Positions 13,684 to 27,100 of a stretch of 64,000 nucleotides of DNA are shown here, in pieces (position 1 is the first letter of the stretch; each line of letters starts with the position of its first letter). The DNA comes from Neocallimastix sp. 'constans'. Lineage: Eukaryota. The position numbers and the translations under genes were made by a program. The notes below the pieces were generated by a model, which worked only from the letters and a program-made list of their open reading frames with translations, made no database searches and had not been told where the DNA came from. The DNA lies in NCBI GenBank assembly GCA_050613775.1, contig JBODTK010000016.1:1178001-1242000 (forward strand), in the 5' to 3' direction.

Positions 13684-13874
13684 TTATGAATAATAATCGG
13701 GAGCTTCAACGTTGAAAATGTAGTAAGACAGGCTAGTAGAGTCAATACCTCTGAAAAAAAAGATCATAATTTCTTTTCAAATAGTCAATTCAAACCCTAA
13801 ACCAGAATAAGAATTCCTTTTAAAACAGAAATCTTATAATCTGGAAGTGAGGCTCATTGCATAAGAACTTTTTT
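13684..13874 (+). ncRNA. Candidate small structured ncRNA with a telomere-template-like motif (possible telomerase RNA)
   Basis: Isolated GC-richer island. GAGCTTCA (13701-13708) can pair with TGAGGCTC (13848-13855), and TTATG (13684-13688) with CATAA (13860-13864). AAACCCTAAACC at 13792-13803 is followed by a hairpin at 13802-13844; T6 run at 13869-13874. No homology evidence. Confidence 0.25.
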
Positions 13875-14491
13875 CTGAATTTATTTTTATACATTTAATT
13901 TGAATAATACTTTTTATTTCATATTATTATTCTAAATATTATTATGTTTTAATAGAACAAATAATATTTATTTTTTTTTTTTTATTAATGAAGTATTTTT
14001 TATAAAAAATATATATATATTTATGTAATTAAATGAATGAAGTTAAAAAGTTCGCAATAATTGCGGCTGCAAAAAAAAAAAATAAAAAAAAAAAAAGAAT
14101 AATCAATAATCAATTATTAAAATAATTAAAATTTAATGGATTAATAGTTAAAACAATTGGATAATAATATTTATATAAATATTACATTTAAATATAAAAA
14201 AAGGCTTTGAATTTTTTTCTTTTTTTTTTTTTTTTATATTAATTAATAATTTGTCCTACACAAATTATGATATATATATATATAGTTAAAATTTGTAATT
14301 AAATAATTAATAAAGTTATTAATTCATAATGTTAAATATGGAGTATATCTACAAGTATTTTTTTTAATAAAAACTTTAAATTTTATTGGAATCTGATATA
14401 CAAATATAAAGTTTAAAATTAAAATTTTGTTTAGTCATTCATTATTAATTTATTTTCCATTTATTTATTTTTTTATACATTTAATCAATTC

Positions 14492-14523
<32 letters not shown>

Positions 14524-14789
14524 TTATTTATTTATTTATTTATTTATTTATCTTCACACTTCTTTACACATTTTTATTTATGTAATTATTTTCATTTTAC
14601 TTATCAACTAATATTTTTATTTATTTAATTACTTAATTATTTATTTATTTACATTTAAAATCAATCTTGTTAAGAAAGTTTGAAAAAATTTAATTACTTT
14701 TAAAAAAACTTATAAAAAAAAAATGAAAGAAATTAATTAATTTTAAAAAAACGTAAATATTTAGAAAAAAAGTGAATATAAAGATGATT

Positions 14790-15090
14790 AGGTAATAAAA
14801 ATTTTTTAATTTTGATCTATTTTTATATTCTCCTACATATATATTATTAGCTTTATAAATGCCATTGTGAAATATCAACATTTATATTCTTTTAAAGTGT
14901 TTATATTCTTTTATAGAATTAAACTTCATATCTTTTATAATTTTTATTAATAATATAAAAAATTTTTATTTTTTTTCCTTTAAATCATTAATTTAAATGA
15001 TAAAATAAAACTTTAAATTTTTTTTACATAAATATTCATTTTTTATATAATCTCCTTTCACAAAAAAAAGTAAAAAAGATCTTTTTTTTA
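14790..15090 (-). pseudogene. Possible heavily eroded MORN-repeat gene remnant
   Basis: One minus-strand frame reads KGDYIKNE..NDLKEKK*KFF..KEYKHFKRI*MLIFHNGIYKANNIYVGEYKN. This resembles MORN repeats (YxGE(F/Y)KN..xxGxG) with glycines lost; several stops. Confidence 0.3.
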
Positions 15091-18000
15091 CATTCTTTAG
15101 GAGATATATTAATAAAAATAATTTATCTTATAATTAAATATTTTCATTTTTAATTATTATATGTTAAAAAATTCTTTTCAGTATATATATAATTTTTTAA
15201 TATTAAATTCATTATAAAAATGTTTAATAAAAATGGCTACATAAATTTATTACATTAAAGGGTTATGTCATTAATTCATTTTATTTTATGGATTAAGTTA
15301 ATAATTTTTTAATTAATTTTATTTTATTCAAACTGTATTTTATATTTCATTCTTAAATTATTTATTTTATTCGAACCGTATTTAAATTTTATTTTTAAAT
15401 TTATTTATTTTTATTTTTGTTTCATTTTAATATATTTTAGTAAAAAAATAACTGAAATAATTAAATTTATTTTAAATCATTTTGTGAATAAAATCAAGAT
15501 TAAAAATTTCAAAAGATTAGAAGTAATTAAATTTCAATTTGAAAATAACTATTAATCATATATTATAATATAAAAATTTATAAAAACATAAAAAAATAAA
15601 ATAATATTTAAAACTAAATAAATCAAATTAAGTAAAAATTAATTTGAATTAACATTTAAATGAACTACTTTTTAATAATATATACTTTTTTAAATTTATT
15701 TGAAATAATATTAATTAGATATTATAATAGATTCTTTTAATAGTTAATATTCATTATTGCATAAAAATTCTACAATAAAAAGTAAAATGTAGTTTCTGCT
15801 TTTTTAAAGTTGTTTATTTTCAATTTAATACAAAATTAAAATATTTTTGTACAACATACAAAATAGAGATTTATAATATATAATCGTTTGTATTACATAT
15901 ATAAAGTAATATATATTTAATTTAGATTAAATTAATAGTTGAATAAATATTTATTTATTTATTGTTTATATTTAAATTATTAAGATATTTTATATATTTT
16001 AATAATATTATAAATAAAGTTATATATTAATAATCATAAAAAAAAAAAAAGAAAGTTTCCAATTAAAGAAATTTTAATATATGTGAATTAGTATAATAAA
16101 AATAATAGGCAAAATAAAAATGTGGCATTCCAACTATATTGATTAATATATTTAATATATATAATAATATATAAAAATTATAATATATATATTCTTTACT
16201 TTCATAATTATATATAATATAAAATATATTTAAATTTGTATTTTGCTAAGATGGGGTTATTATTAAATATATATATTTACAATTTATTTAACAAGCTATT
16301 TATATTAATTGTTATTATATATTAAACAGATTAAACAGAATTATGTATAAAATAATATAAACTAATATACAATATATATAAACATCATTATTTTTAATTT
16401 AAAATAATATAAATACTTATTAATTCCTGAAAATGGGTTAGTAATGATTAATTTATAATAATAAATTAATAATATTTAAAAATATACATTTTCTTTAATA
16501 TATTTTTTATTAATAATAGATCTTTTATTTTTATTGAAATTTAAAATATTATAAAATATATAGAATTTTAATGTATTATATGATTTTATATAAATATAAT
16601 AAAATTTTATATGTATTGTATAAATGATAATATTTATATAATAATTAAACAATAATAATTATTATTAATAAATTTATTTAATTATAAAGTAAATAAATAA
16701 AAAATAAAAAAAAAATTCAAAATACAATTTTAATTAAAAAAAAAATTACATTATTAAATGAATAGAAAAAGCAAAAAAAAAAAAACAAAAACAAAAACAA
16801 AAAAAACTTTATTTCTTAATAAATAAATATATATTAATATTACATAAAAATTATTTCAATAGATTTTATTTTATTATAAATAGTAAAAAATAGTCCTTCT
16901 ATTTTTTTTTTTTTTTTCTTTCAATTAAAGTCTTTATTATTATTATTATTATTAGTTATATGTCTGAAATTTAAATTAAAGAAATATTACAATAAGAAAA
17001 TAAATAATTAAAAATTAAAAAACTACAAATTTAGAAACAAGAAATATATATATAAAAAAAAAAAAAAAAAAAATTAAACATTTAAAGTCCAAAAAAAAGG
17101 GAATATATTTGTATATATAAATATATTAATATTTTTTTTTAAACACACATATCCATATATTTTTTCTAACGCAATAAATATTTATAAACATTCAAATAGA
17201 AATTTTTTAATTAAAAAAATTAGAAAATTTAAAATATATATTAAATATTTATCTTTATTTATACAAATTTTATTATTATTATTATTATTTTTTTTTTTTC
17301 GAAAAATATATAATATATATATATAATTAACATTAACATTTAATTTATTCAATTTGCTCTATCGTTAATTATTAAAAAAATTATATATATATTTTAACAA
17401 TTTAAGTTTATTAACTAAATATTTTATATTCGTTTTTTTTTTTTTTTTGCATACTTTTATAAGAAATCTAATTTATATATATAAACATAAAACATATTAG
17501 TTTCTTATTTTTTTTTAATATAAAAAGAGTACATTAATTTATATTCTTAATAAAATTTAAAATATTTAATTTAATTATAGAAAAAGCAATTTAAGATGAT
17601 GAAATTATTCTAATCATATCGAAGGGAAAATATTTATTTTTTAAAAATTTTTTTTCGAAGTATTTTAAATTATTTTAATTTTCATTTTATTCATATAAAA
17701 AGAATAAGCTAAGAAAATAAGTAAAATTTTAGCATAAAAATAGCTATAAATATTTTATTAAAATATAATCAGAAATTTTTTTTATACTTAAATAATATAA
17801 TAACATAATATTAAAACTAAAACCAAAAATAATACCAAAATCATTAAAAAAAAAAAAAAAAAAACAAAAAAATAAAAAAAAAAAAACTATTCTATCGGTT
17901 GCTATTTTAAAAGCACAAAATAATAAATTATATAGTTGAGTTTTATACATTATAGATTTTTAAGTATATAATATAGTAGTTGAAGAAATAAATAATAAAG

Positions 18001-18103
18001 GCAATAAAGAAAAATAAAATAAACTAAATAAAAACAAGAAAAAAAAAAAAGCTAACAAAAATAAAAAACAAAAAACAAAAAACAAAAAACAAAACAAAAC
18101 AAA

Positions 18104-21100
18104 ATGATCGGCTCAAGTAATTTCGACAAAACTAAAATTACAAATAATAAAGTTTCTAAAACAATTAAAAAGGTAATAAATGCTAATTCTGAAAATCCAG
18201 AAATTGTTGAAGAAACTGTTTATTATAATAAAGATGATGTTGAAAAATTTGAAAATTTCGAAAAACAAGATTTTGGAATTGATGCAGGTGCTAATGATGT
18301 TAAGAAAAATGTAACTATTAAAGAAGATGAAAATGGTACTATTACTAAAGTTGTTAATATTGAATATTCTCTTTTAGAAGATGATATTAATAATGAAGGA
18401 GATGCTATTATTGAAACTTCTTACCTTAATGAAGGTGATTACATTGTTGATGCTAATGGTGAGAAATCATTTATTACTAATATGGATTCTATTATAATGG
18501 ATGAAACTGGTGGTATTTCATTTATTGAAAAGCCAGAAAATATTCCAAGATTCAATACTACTTCTGTTATTACGACTTCACAAAATAATCAGGGTACTCA
18601 ACCAGAAGAGGAAAATAAAGCAATTGAAACAGCAATTAAAACTGTCATTAAAGGAGAAAAGATTGTTGAAAATGAAGAAGATAATGTTAATACTAGTGCT
18701 AATGTAAATGCTAATACTAGCATTTCTGAACATGTCAAGTCTATTTTAGTTTTAAGTGAAAAAGATGGTAACAAAAGTAAAATCCAAAATTCCATTATTA
18801 ATAATAGTAATGATATTAATGATTCTTCTACAACAACTGAAGTTGTTGTTGATCCAATTACTGGAAGAAAGAAGCATATTACTAAGAAAGTAACTAGAAA
18901 GGTAGTTACTAAGAATGTATCTGCTGCTGATAGTCAAGAGCTTCTTTCTGAAGCTTCTAGATCAGCTGAAACTCCAGAAGGTGATATTTCTACCACTACC
19001 GAAGTGGTTGTTGATCCAGTAACTGGTAGAAAGAAATTTATTACTAAAAAGGTCATCAGAAAAGTTGTTACTAAAAATATTACTAAAAATGTTAATAAAG
19101 AAACTCCAAAAAAAGTTATTAATAAAAAGGTAACAAATAATATACCAAAGAAAATACTTAAAAGAAAAGTTATTTCTGATAAACCTAGAGTTGTATCTAC
19201 TAAGGAATTACCAAATGGAGAAATTCAAACAACTGAACTGGTTATTGACCCAAAGTCTGGTAAAAAGAAGTATGTTACAAAGAGGATTATAAGAAAGATT
19301 ATAACTACTAATGTTATTGAAACTGATAATGATTCTGAATCTTCTTACAAAGAAGAAATCGTTGAACAGAAAACTTTTATTGAAGAACCAAAAGAAGAAA
19401 TTATTGATGATGAACAAAAAATCATTAATAAAGAACAATTAGCTGAAAAACAATCAAATGAAAAAGTTAAGGAAGAAATTGTAGAAATTCCATCTGAAGT
19501 TCATGGAAAAAAGAAGTTTGTTAAGAGAATCATCAAATACATTACTAGGGTTAATCCAATTACTGGTGAAAGTGAAGTAGTTGAGGATATTTCCGAAGAA
19601 CCAATAGAAGAGATTGTTATTGAAAAACAGCCATTTGAAGAACAACCAGTCGTTGAAGAAGTTGTTAGTGAAGTCAAGGAAGAAATCATTCCAGAACAAC
19701 CGGTTACTGAAAAATTAGCAAGTGAAATTAAGAAGGAAGTTGATCAAGAACAACCAGTTGAAGAAATAAAGGAAGAAATTATTGAAATTCCATCTGAAGG
19801 TTCAGAGAAAAAGAAGTTTATTAAAAGAATAATTAGATACATTACTAGAGTTAATCCAGTTACTGGAGAAAAGGAGGTTATTGAAGATGTTTCAGAAGAA
19901 CCAAGGGAAGAATTTCTAGTCAGTAATGAACAACCAATTGAGGAACAACCGGTTATTGAAGACGCCGTTAGTGAAAGTAAGGAAGAAGTTATTCCAGAGC
20001 AACCAGTTGTTGAAGAAATTGTTAGTGAAGATAAGGAAGAAGTTATTCCAGAACAACCAGTTGAAAAAATAAAGGAAGAAGTTGTTGAAGTTCCATCTGA
20101 AGTTCCAGGAAAAAAGAAGTTTATTAAGAGAATCATTAGATACATTACAAGAGTTAATCCAGATACTGGTAAGAATGAAGTTGTATCTGAAAAATTAGTT
20201 GAAGAACCAGTTGAAGAAGTTAAAGAGGAAATTGTTGAAGTTCCATCTGAGGTTTCAGGAAAAAAGAAGTATATCAAAAAAATCATTAGATACATTACCA
20301 GAGTTAACCCAACCACTGGAGAAAATGAAATTGTCGAAAATGTTATAGAAGAACCAAGAGAAGAAATTATTGCAATTGAAGAAAAACCAGTTGTTAGTGA
20401 AGATAAGGAAGAAGTTATTCCAGAACAACCAACTGAAGAACAACCAATTGTAGAACAACTTGATGAAGAACAACTTGATGAAGAACAACCAGTTGAAGAA
20501 AAACCAATTGAAGAAAAATCAATTGAAGAACAACCAGTTGTTGAAGAAGTTATTAGTGAAATCAAGGAAGAAGTTATTCCAGAACAACCGGTTGAAGAAC
20601 AACCAATTGAAGAACAACCAGTTGTTGAAGAAATTGTTAGTGAAATTAAGGAAGAAACCATTCCAGAACAACCAATTGAAGAACAACCAGTTGAAGAACA
20701 ATCAATTGAAGAACAAACAGTTGAAGAACAACCAATTAAAGAACAACCAGTAGTTGAAGAAGTTGTTAGTGAAGATAAGGAAGAAGCTATTCCAGAACAA
20801 CCAGTTGTTGAAGAAGTTGTTAGTGAAGATAAAGAAGAAGCTATTCCAGAACAACCAGTTGAAGAACAACCAATTGTTGAAGAAATTGTTAGTGAAATTA
20901 AGGAAGAAACTATTCCAGAACAACCAATTGTTGAAGAAATTGTTAGTGAAATTAAGGAAGAAACTATTCCAGAACAACCAATTGAAGAACAGCCAATTGT
21001 TGAAGAAATTGTTAGTGAAATTAAGGAAGAAACTATTCCAGAACAACCAATTAAAGAACAACCAGTTGTTGAAGAAGTTGTTAGTGAAGATAAGGAAGAA

Positions 21101-24100
21101 GCTATTCCAGAACAACCAGTTGTTGAAGAAGTTGTTAGTGAAGATAAAGAAGCTATTCCAGAACAACCAGTTGAAGAACAACCAATTGTTGAAGAAATTG
21201 TTAGTGAAATTAAGGAAGAAACTATTCCAGAACAACCAATTAAAGAACAACCAATTGTTGAAGAAGTTGTTAGTGAAGATAAGGAAGAAGCTATTCCAGA
21301 ACAACCAAATGAAGAGCAACCAGTTGTTGAAGAATTTGTTAGTGAAATTAAGGAAGAAGTTATTCCAGAACAACCAACTGAAGAACAACCAGTTGTTGAA
21401 GAAGTTGTTAGTGAAATTAAAGAAGAAAATGTATCTAAACCAGAAAATAAAAAGAATGTTATATATAGGGTATTTAAGAAGTCTAATAAACGTAGAAACA
21501 GAAAGAACAAAAAAGGAGAATTAGCAAGTGAAAATTCTCTTATTATCGATGATTCTAAATCAGAAATTATTTCAGAAGAAGAAACTGAAAAACTTGTAGA
21601 ACAACCAGTTAATGAAGAAGTTTATTCTGAACCAAAAGAAGAAGTTGCTAGTGAAATTAAGGAAGAAGCAATTCCAGAACAACCAATTGAAGAACAACCA
21701 ATTGAAGAACAACCAATTGTTGAAGACGTTATTAGTGAAATCAAGGAAGAAGCACTTCCAGAACAACCAATTCTAGAACAACCAACTGTTGAAGAAGTTA
21801 TTAGTGAAATCAAGGAAGAAGTTATTCCAGAACAACCAATTAAAGAAAAACCAATTGAAGAACAACCAGTTGTTGAAGAAGTAGTTACTGAAATAAAGGA
21901 AGAAGTTATTCCAGAACAACCAGCTGAAGAACAACCAGTTGTTGAAGAAGTTATTAGTGAAATTAAAGAAGAAAATGTATCTAAGCCAGATAATAAAAAG
22001 AATGTAATATATAGGGTATTTAAGAAGTCTAATAAACGTAGAAACAGAAAGAATAAGAAAGGAGAATTAGTAAGTGAAAATTCTATCATTAGTGATGAAT
22101 CTAAATCAGAAATTATTTCAGAGGAAGAAACTGAAAAACTTGTAGAACAACCAGTTAATGAAGAAGTTTCTTCTGAACCAAAAGAAGAAGTTGTTAATGA
22201 AATCAAAGAAGAAGCAATTCCAGAACAACCAATTGAAGAACAACCAATTGAAGAACAACCAATTGAAGAACAACCAATTGAAGAACAACCAATTGAAGAA
22301 CAACCAATTGAAGAACAACCAATTGAAGAACAACCAATTGAAGAACAACCAATTGAAGAACAACCAATTGAAGAACAACCAATTGAAGAACAACCAATTG
22401 AAGAACAACCAATTGAAGAACAACCAATTGAAGAACAACCAATTGAAGAACAACCAATTGAAGAACAACCAGTTGTTGAAGAAATAGTTAATGAAATTAA
22501 GGAAGAAGTTATTCCAGAACAATCAATTGAAGAACAACCAATTGAAAAACAACCAGTTGAAAAACAACCAGTTGTTGAAGAAATAGTTAATGAAATTAAG
22601 GAAGAAGTTATTCCAGAACAATCAATTGAAGAAATAAAGGAAGAAGTTGTTGAAGTTCCATCTGAAGTTCCAGGAAAAAAGAAATTTATTAAGAGAATCA
22701 TTAGATACATTACAAGAGTTAATCCAGATACTGGTAAGAATGAAGTTGTATCTGAAAAGTTGGTTGAAGAACCAGTTGAAGAAGTCAAAGAGGAAATTAT
22801 TGAAGTTCCATCTGAGGTTCCAGGAAAAAAGAAGTATATCAAAAGAATCATTAGATATATTACCAGAGTTAACCCAATTACTGGAGAAAATGAAATTGTC
22901 GAAAATGTTATAGAAGAACCAAGAGAAGAAGAAATTATTGCAATTGAAGAAAAACCAGTTGTTGAAGAAGTTAATAGTGAAGATAAGGAAGAAGCTATTC
23001 AAGAACAACCAACTGGAGAACAACCAATTGTAGAACAACTTGATGAAGAACAACTTGATGAAGAACAACCAGTTGAAGAAAAACCAATTGAAGAAAAATC
23101 AATTGAAGAACAACCAGTTGTTGAAGAAATAGTAAATGAAATCAAAGAAGAAGCACTTCCAGAACAACCAATTGAAGAACAACCAATTGAAGAACAACCA
23201 GTTGTTGAAGAAATAGTAAATGAAATCAAAGAAGAAGCACTTCCAGAACAACCAATTGAAGAACAACCAATTGAAGAACAACCAATTGAAGAGCAACAAG
23301 TTGTTGAAGAAGTTGTTAGTGAAATCAAGGAAGAAGCACTTCCAGAACAACCAATTGAAGAACAACCAATTGAAGAACAACCAATTGAAGAACAACCAGT
23401 AGTTGAAGAAGTAGTTACTGAAATAAAGGAAGAAATTATTCCAGAACAACCAGCCGAAGAACAACCAGTTGTTGAAGAAGTTATTAGTGAAATTAAAGAA
23501 GAAAATGTATCTAAGCCAGATAATAAAAAGAATGTTATATATAGGGTATTTAAGAAGTCTAATAAACGTAGAAACAGAAAGAACAAAAAAGGAGAATTAG
23601 TAAGTGAAAATTCTATTATTAGTGATGATTCCAAATCAGAAATTATTTCAGAAGAAGAAACTGAAAAACTTGTAGAACAACCAGTTAATGAAGAAGTTTC
23701 TTCTGAACCAAAAGAAGAAGTTGTTAATGAAATCAAAGAAGAAGCAATTCCAGAACAATCAATTGAAGAACAACCAGTTGAAGAAAAACCAATTGAAGAA
23801 AAATCAATTGAAGAACAACCAGTTGTTGAAGAAGTTATTAGTGAAATCAAGGAAGAAGCACTTCCAGAACAACCAGTTGAAGAACAAACCGTTGAAGAAC
23901 AACCAATTGAAGAACAACCAGTAGTTGAAGAAGTTGTTAGTGAAATTAAGGAAGAAGTTATTCCAGAACAACCAGTTTATGAACAACCAGTTGTTGAAGA
24001 AGTTAAAGAAGATAATGTATCTAAACAAGAAAATAAAAAGAATGTTATATATAGAGTATTTAAGAAGTCTAATAAACGTAGAAACAGAAAGAACAAAAAA

Positions 24101-27100
24101 GGAGAATTAGCAAGTGAAAATTCTACTATTAGTGATGATTCCAAATCAGAAATTATTTCAGAAGAAGAAACTGAAAAACTTGTAGAACAACCAGTTAATG
24201 AAGAAGTTTCTTCTGAACCAAAAGAAGAAGTTGTTAATGAAATCAAAGAAGAAGCAATTCCAGAACAACCAATTGAGGAACAACCAGTTGAAAAACAATC
24301 AATTGAAGAACAACCAATTGAAGAACAACCAGTTGAAGAACAACAAATTGAAGAACAACCAGTTGTTGAAGAAGTTATTAGTGAAATCAAGGAAGAAGTT
24401 ATTCCAGAACAACCAACTGCAGAACAACCAATTGTAGAACAACTTGATGAAGAACGACCAGTTGAAGAAAAATCAATTGAAGAAAAATCAATTGAAGAAC
24501 AACCAGTTGTTGAGGAAGTTATTAGTGAAATCAAGGAAGATGCACTTCTAGAACAACCAATTGAAGAACAACCAATTGAAGAACAACCAATTGAAGAACA
24601 ACCAATTGAAGAACAACCAGTTGTTGAAGAAGTTGTTAGTGAAATTAAGGAAGAAGTTATTCCAGAACAACCAGTTTATGAACAACCAGTTGTTGAAGAA
24701 GTTAAAGAAGATAATGTATCTAAACCAGAAAATAAAAAGAATGTTATATATAGAGTATTTAAGAAGTCTAATAAACGTAGAAACAGAAAGAACAAAAAAG
24801 GAGAATTAGTAAGTGAAAATTCTATTATTAGTGATGATTCCAAATCAGAAATTATTTCAGAAGAAGAAACTGAAAAACTTGTAGAACAACCAGTTAATGA
24901 AGAAGTTTCTTCTGAACCAAAAGAAGAAGTTGTTAATGAAATCAAAGAAGAAGCAATTCCAGAACAACCAATTGAGGAACAACCAGTTGAAAAACAATCA
25001 ATTGAAGAACAACCAATTGAAGAACAACCAGTTGTTGAAGAAGTTATTAGTGAAATCAAGGAAGAAGTTATTCCAGAACAACCAACTGGAGAACAACCAA
25101 TTGTAGAACAACTTGATGAAAAACAACTTGATGAAGAACAACCAGTTGAAGAAAAACCAATTGAAGAAAAACCAATTGAAGAAAAATCAATTGAAGAACA
25201 ACCAGTTGTTGAAGAAGTTATTAGTGAAATCAAGGAAGAAGTTATTCCAGAACAACCAGTTGAAGAACAATCAATTGAAGAACAAACAGTTGAAGAACAA
25301 CCAATTGAAGAACAACCAGTAGTTGAAGAAGTTGTTAGTGAAATTAAGGAAGAAGTTATTCCAGAACAACCAGTTTATGAACAACCAGTTGTTGAAGAAG
25401 TTAAAGAAGATAATGTATCTAAACCAGAAAATAAAAAGAATGTTATATATAGAGTATTTAAGAAGTCTAATAAACGTAGAAACAGAAAGAACAAAAAAGG
25501 AGAATTAGTAAGTGAAAATTCTATTATTAGTGATGATTCCAAATCAGAAATTATTTCAGAAGAAGAAACTGAAAAACTTGTAGAACAACCAGTTAATGAA
25601 GAAGTTTCTTCTGAACCAAAAGAAGAAGTTGTTAATGAAATCAAAGAAGAAGCAATTCCAGAACAACCAATTGAAGAACAACCAATTAAAGAACAACCAA
25701 TTGAAGAACAACCAATTGAAGAACAACCAGTTGTTGAAGAAGTTATTAGTGAAATCAAGGAAGAAGTTATTCCAGAACAACCAACTGGAGAACAACCAAT
25801 TGTAGAACAACTTGATGAAAAACAACTTGATGAAGAACAACCAGTTGAAGAAAAACCAATTGAAGAAAAACCAATTGAAGAAAAACCAATTGAAGAACAA
25901 CCAGTTGTTGAAGAAGTTATTAGTGAAATCAAGGAAGAAGTTATTCCAGAACAACCAGTTGAAGAACAATCAATTGAAGAACAAACAGTTGAAGAACAAC
26001 CAATTGAAGAACAACCAGTAGTTGAAGAAGTTGTTAGTGAAATTAAGGAAGAAGTTATTCCAGAACAACCAATTTATGAACAACCAGTTTATGAACAACC
26101 AGTTTATGAACAACCAGTTTATGAACAACCAGTTTATGAACAACCAGTTTATGAACAACCAGTTGTTGAAGAAGTTAAAGAAGATAATGTATCTAAACCA
26201 GAAAATAAAAAGAATGTTATATATAGAGTATTTAAGAAGTCTAATAAACGTAGAAACAGAAAGAACAAAAAAGGAGAATTAGTAAGTGAAAATTCTATTA
26301 TTAGTGATGATTCCAAATCAGAAATTATTTCAGAAGAAGAAACTGAAAAACTTGTAGAACAACCAGTTAATGAAGAAGTTTCTTCTGAACCAAAAGAAGA
26401 AGTTGTTAATGAAATCAAAGAAGAAGCAATTCCAGAACAACCAATTGAGGAACAACCAGTTGAAAAACAATCAATTGAAGAACAACCAATTGAAGAACAA
26501 CCAGTTGTTGAAGAAGTTATTAGTGAAATCAAGGAAGAAGTTATTCCAGAACAACCAACTGGAGAACAACCAATTGTAGAACAACTTGATGAAAAACAAC
26601 TTGATGAAGAACAACCAGTTGAAGAAAAACCAATTGAAGAAAAACCAATTGAAGAAAAATCAATTGAAGAACAACCAGTTGTTGAAGAAGTTATTAGTGA
26701 AATCAAGGAAGAAGTTATTCCAGAACAACCAGTTGAAGAACAATCAATTGAAGAACAAACAGTTGAAGAACAACCAATTGAAGAACAACCAGTAGTTGAA
26801 GAAGTTGTTAGTGAAATTAAGGAAGAAGTTATTCCAGAACAACCAGTTTATGAACAACCAGTTGTTGAAGAAGTTAAAGAAGATAATGTATCTAAACCAG
26901 AAAATAAAAAGAATGTTATATATAGGGTATTTAAGAAGTCTAATAAACGTAGAAACAGAAAGAACAAAAAAGGAGAATTAGCAAATGAAAATTCTATTAT
27001 TAGTGATGATTCCAAATCAGAAATTATTTCAGAAGAAGAAACTGAAAAACTTGTAGAACAACCAGTTAATGAAGAAGTTTCTTCTGAACCAAAAGAAGAA

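Noticed and set aside
13684..13874. U5 snRNA or RNase MRP identity for the island (CCTTTTA; GAGGCTCATT)
   Set aside because: The U5 loop lacks the invariant GCCTTTTAC, and no MRP CR-I (GAAAGTCCCC-like) motif is correctly placed.
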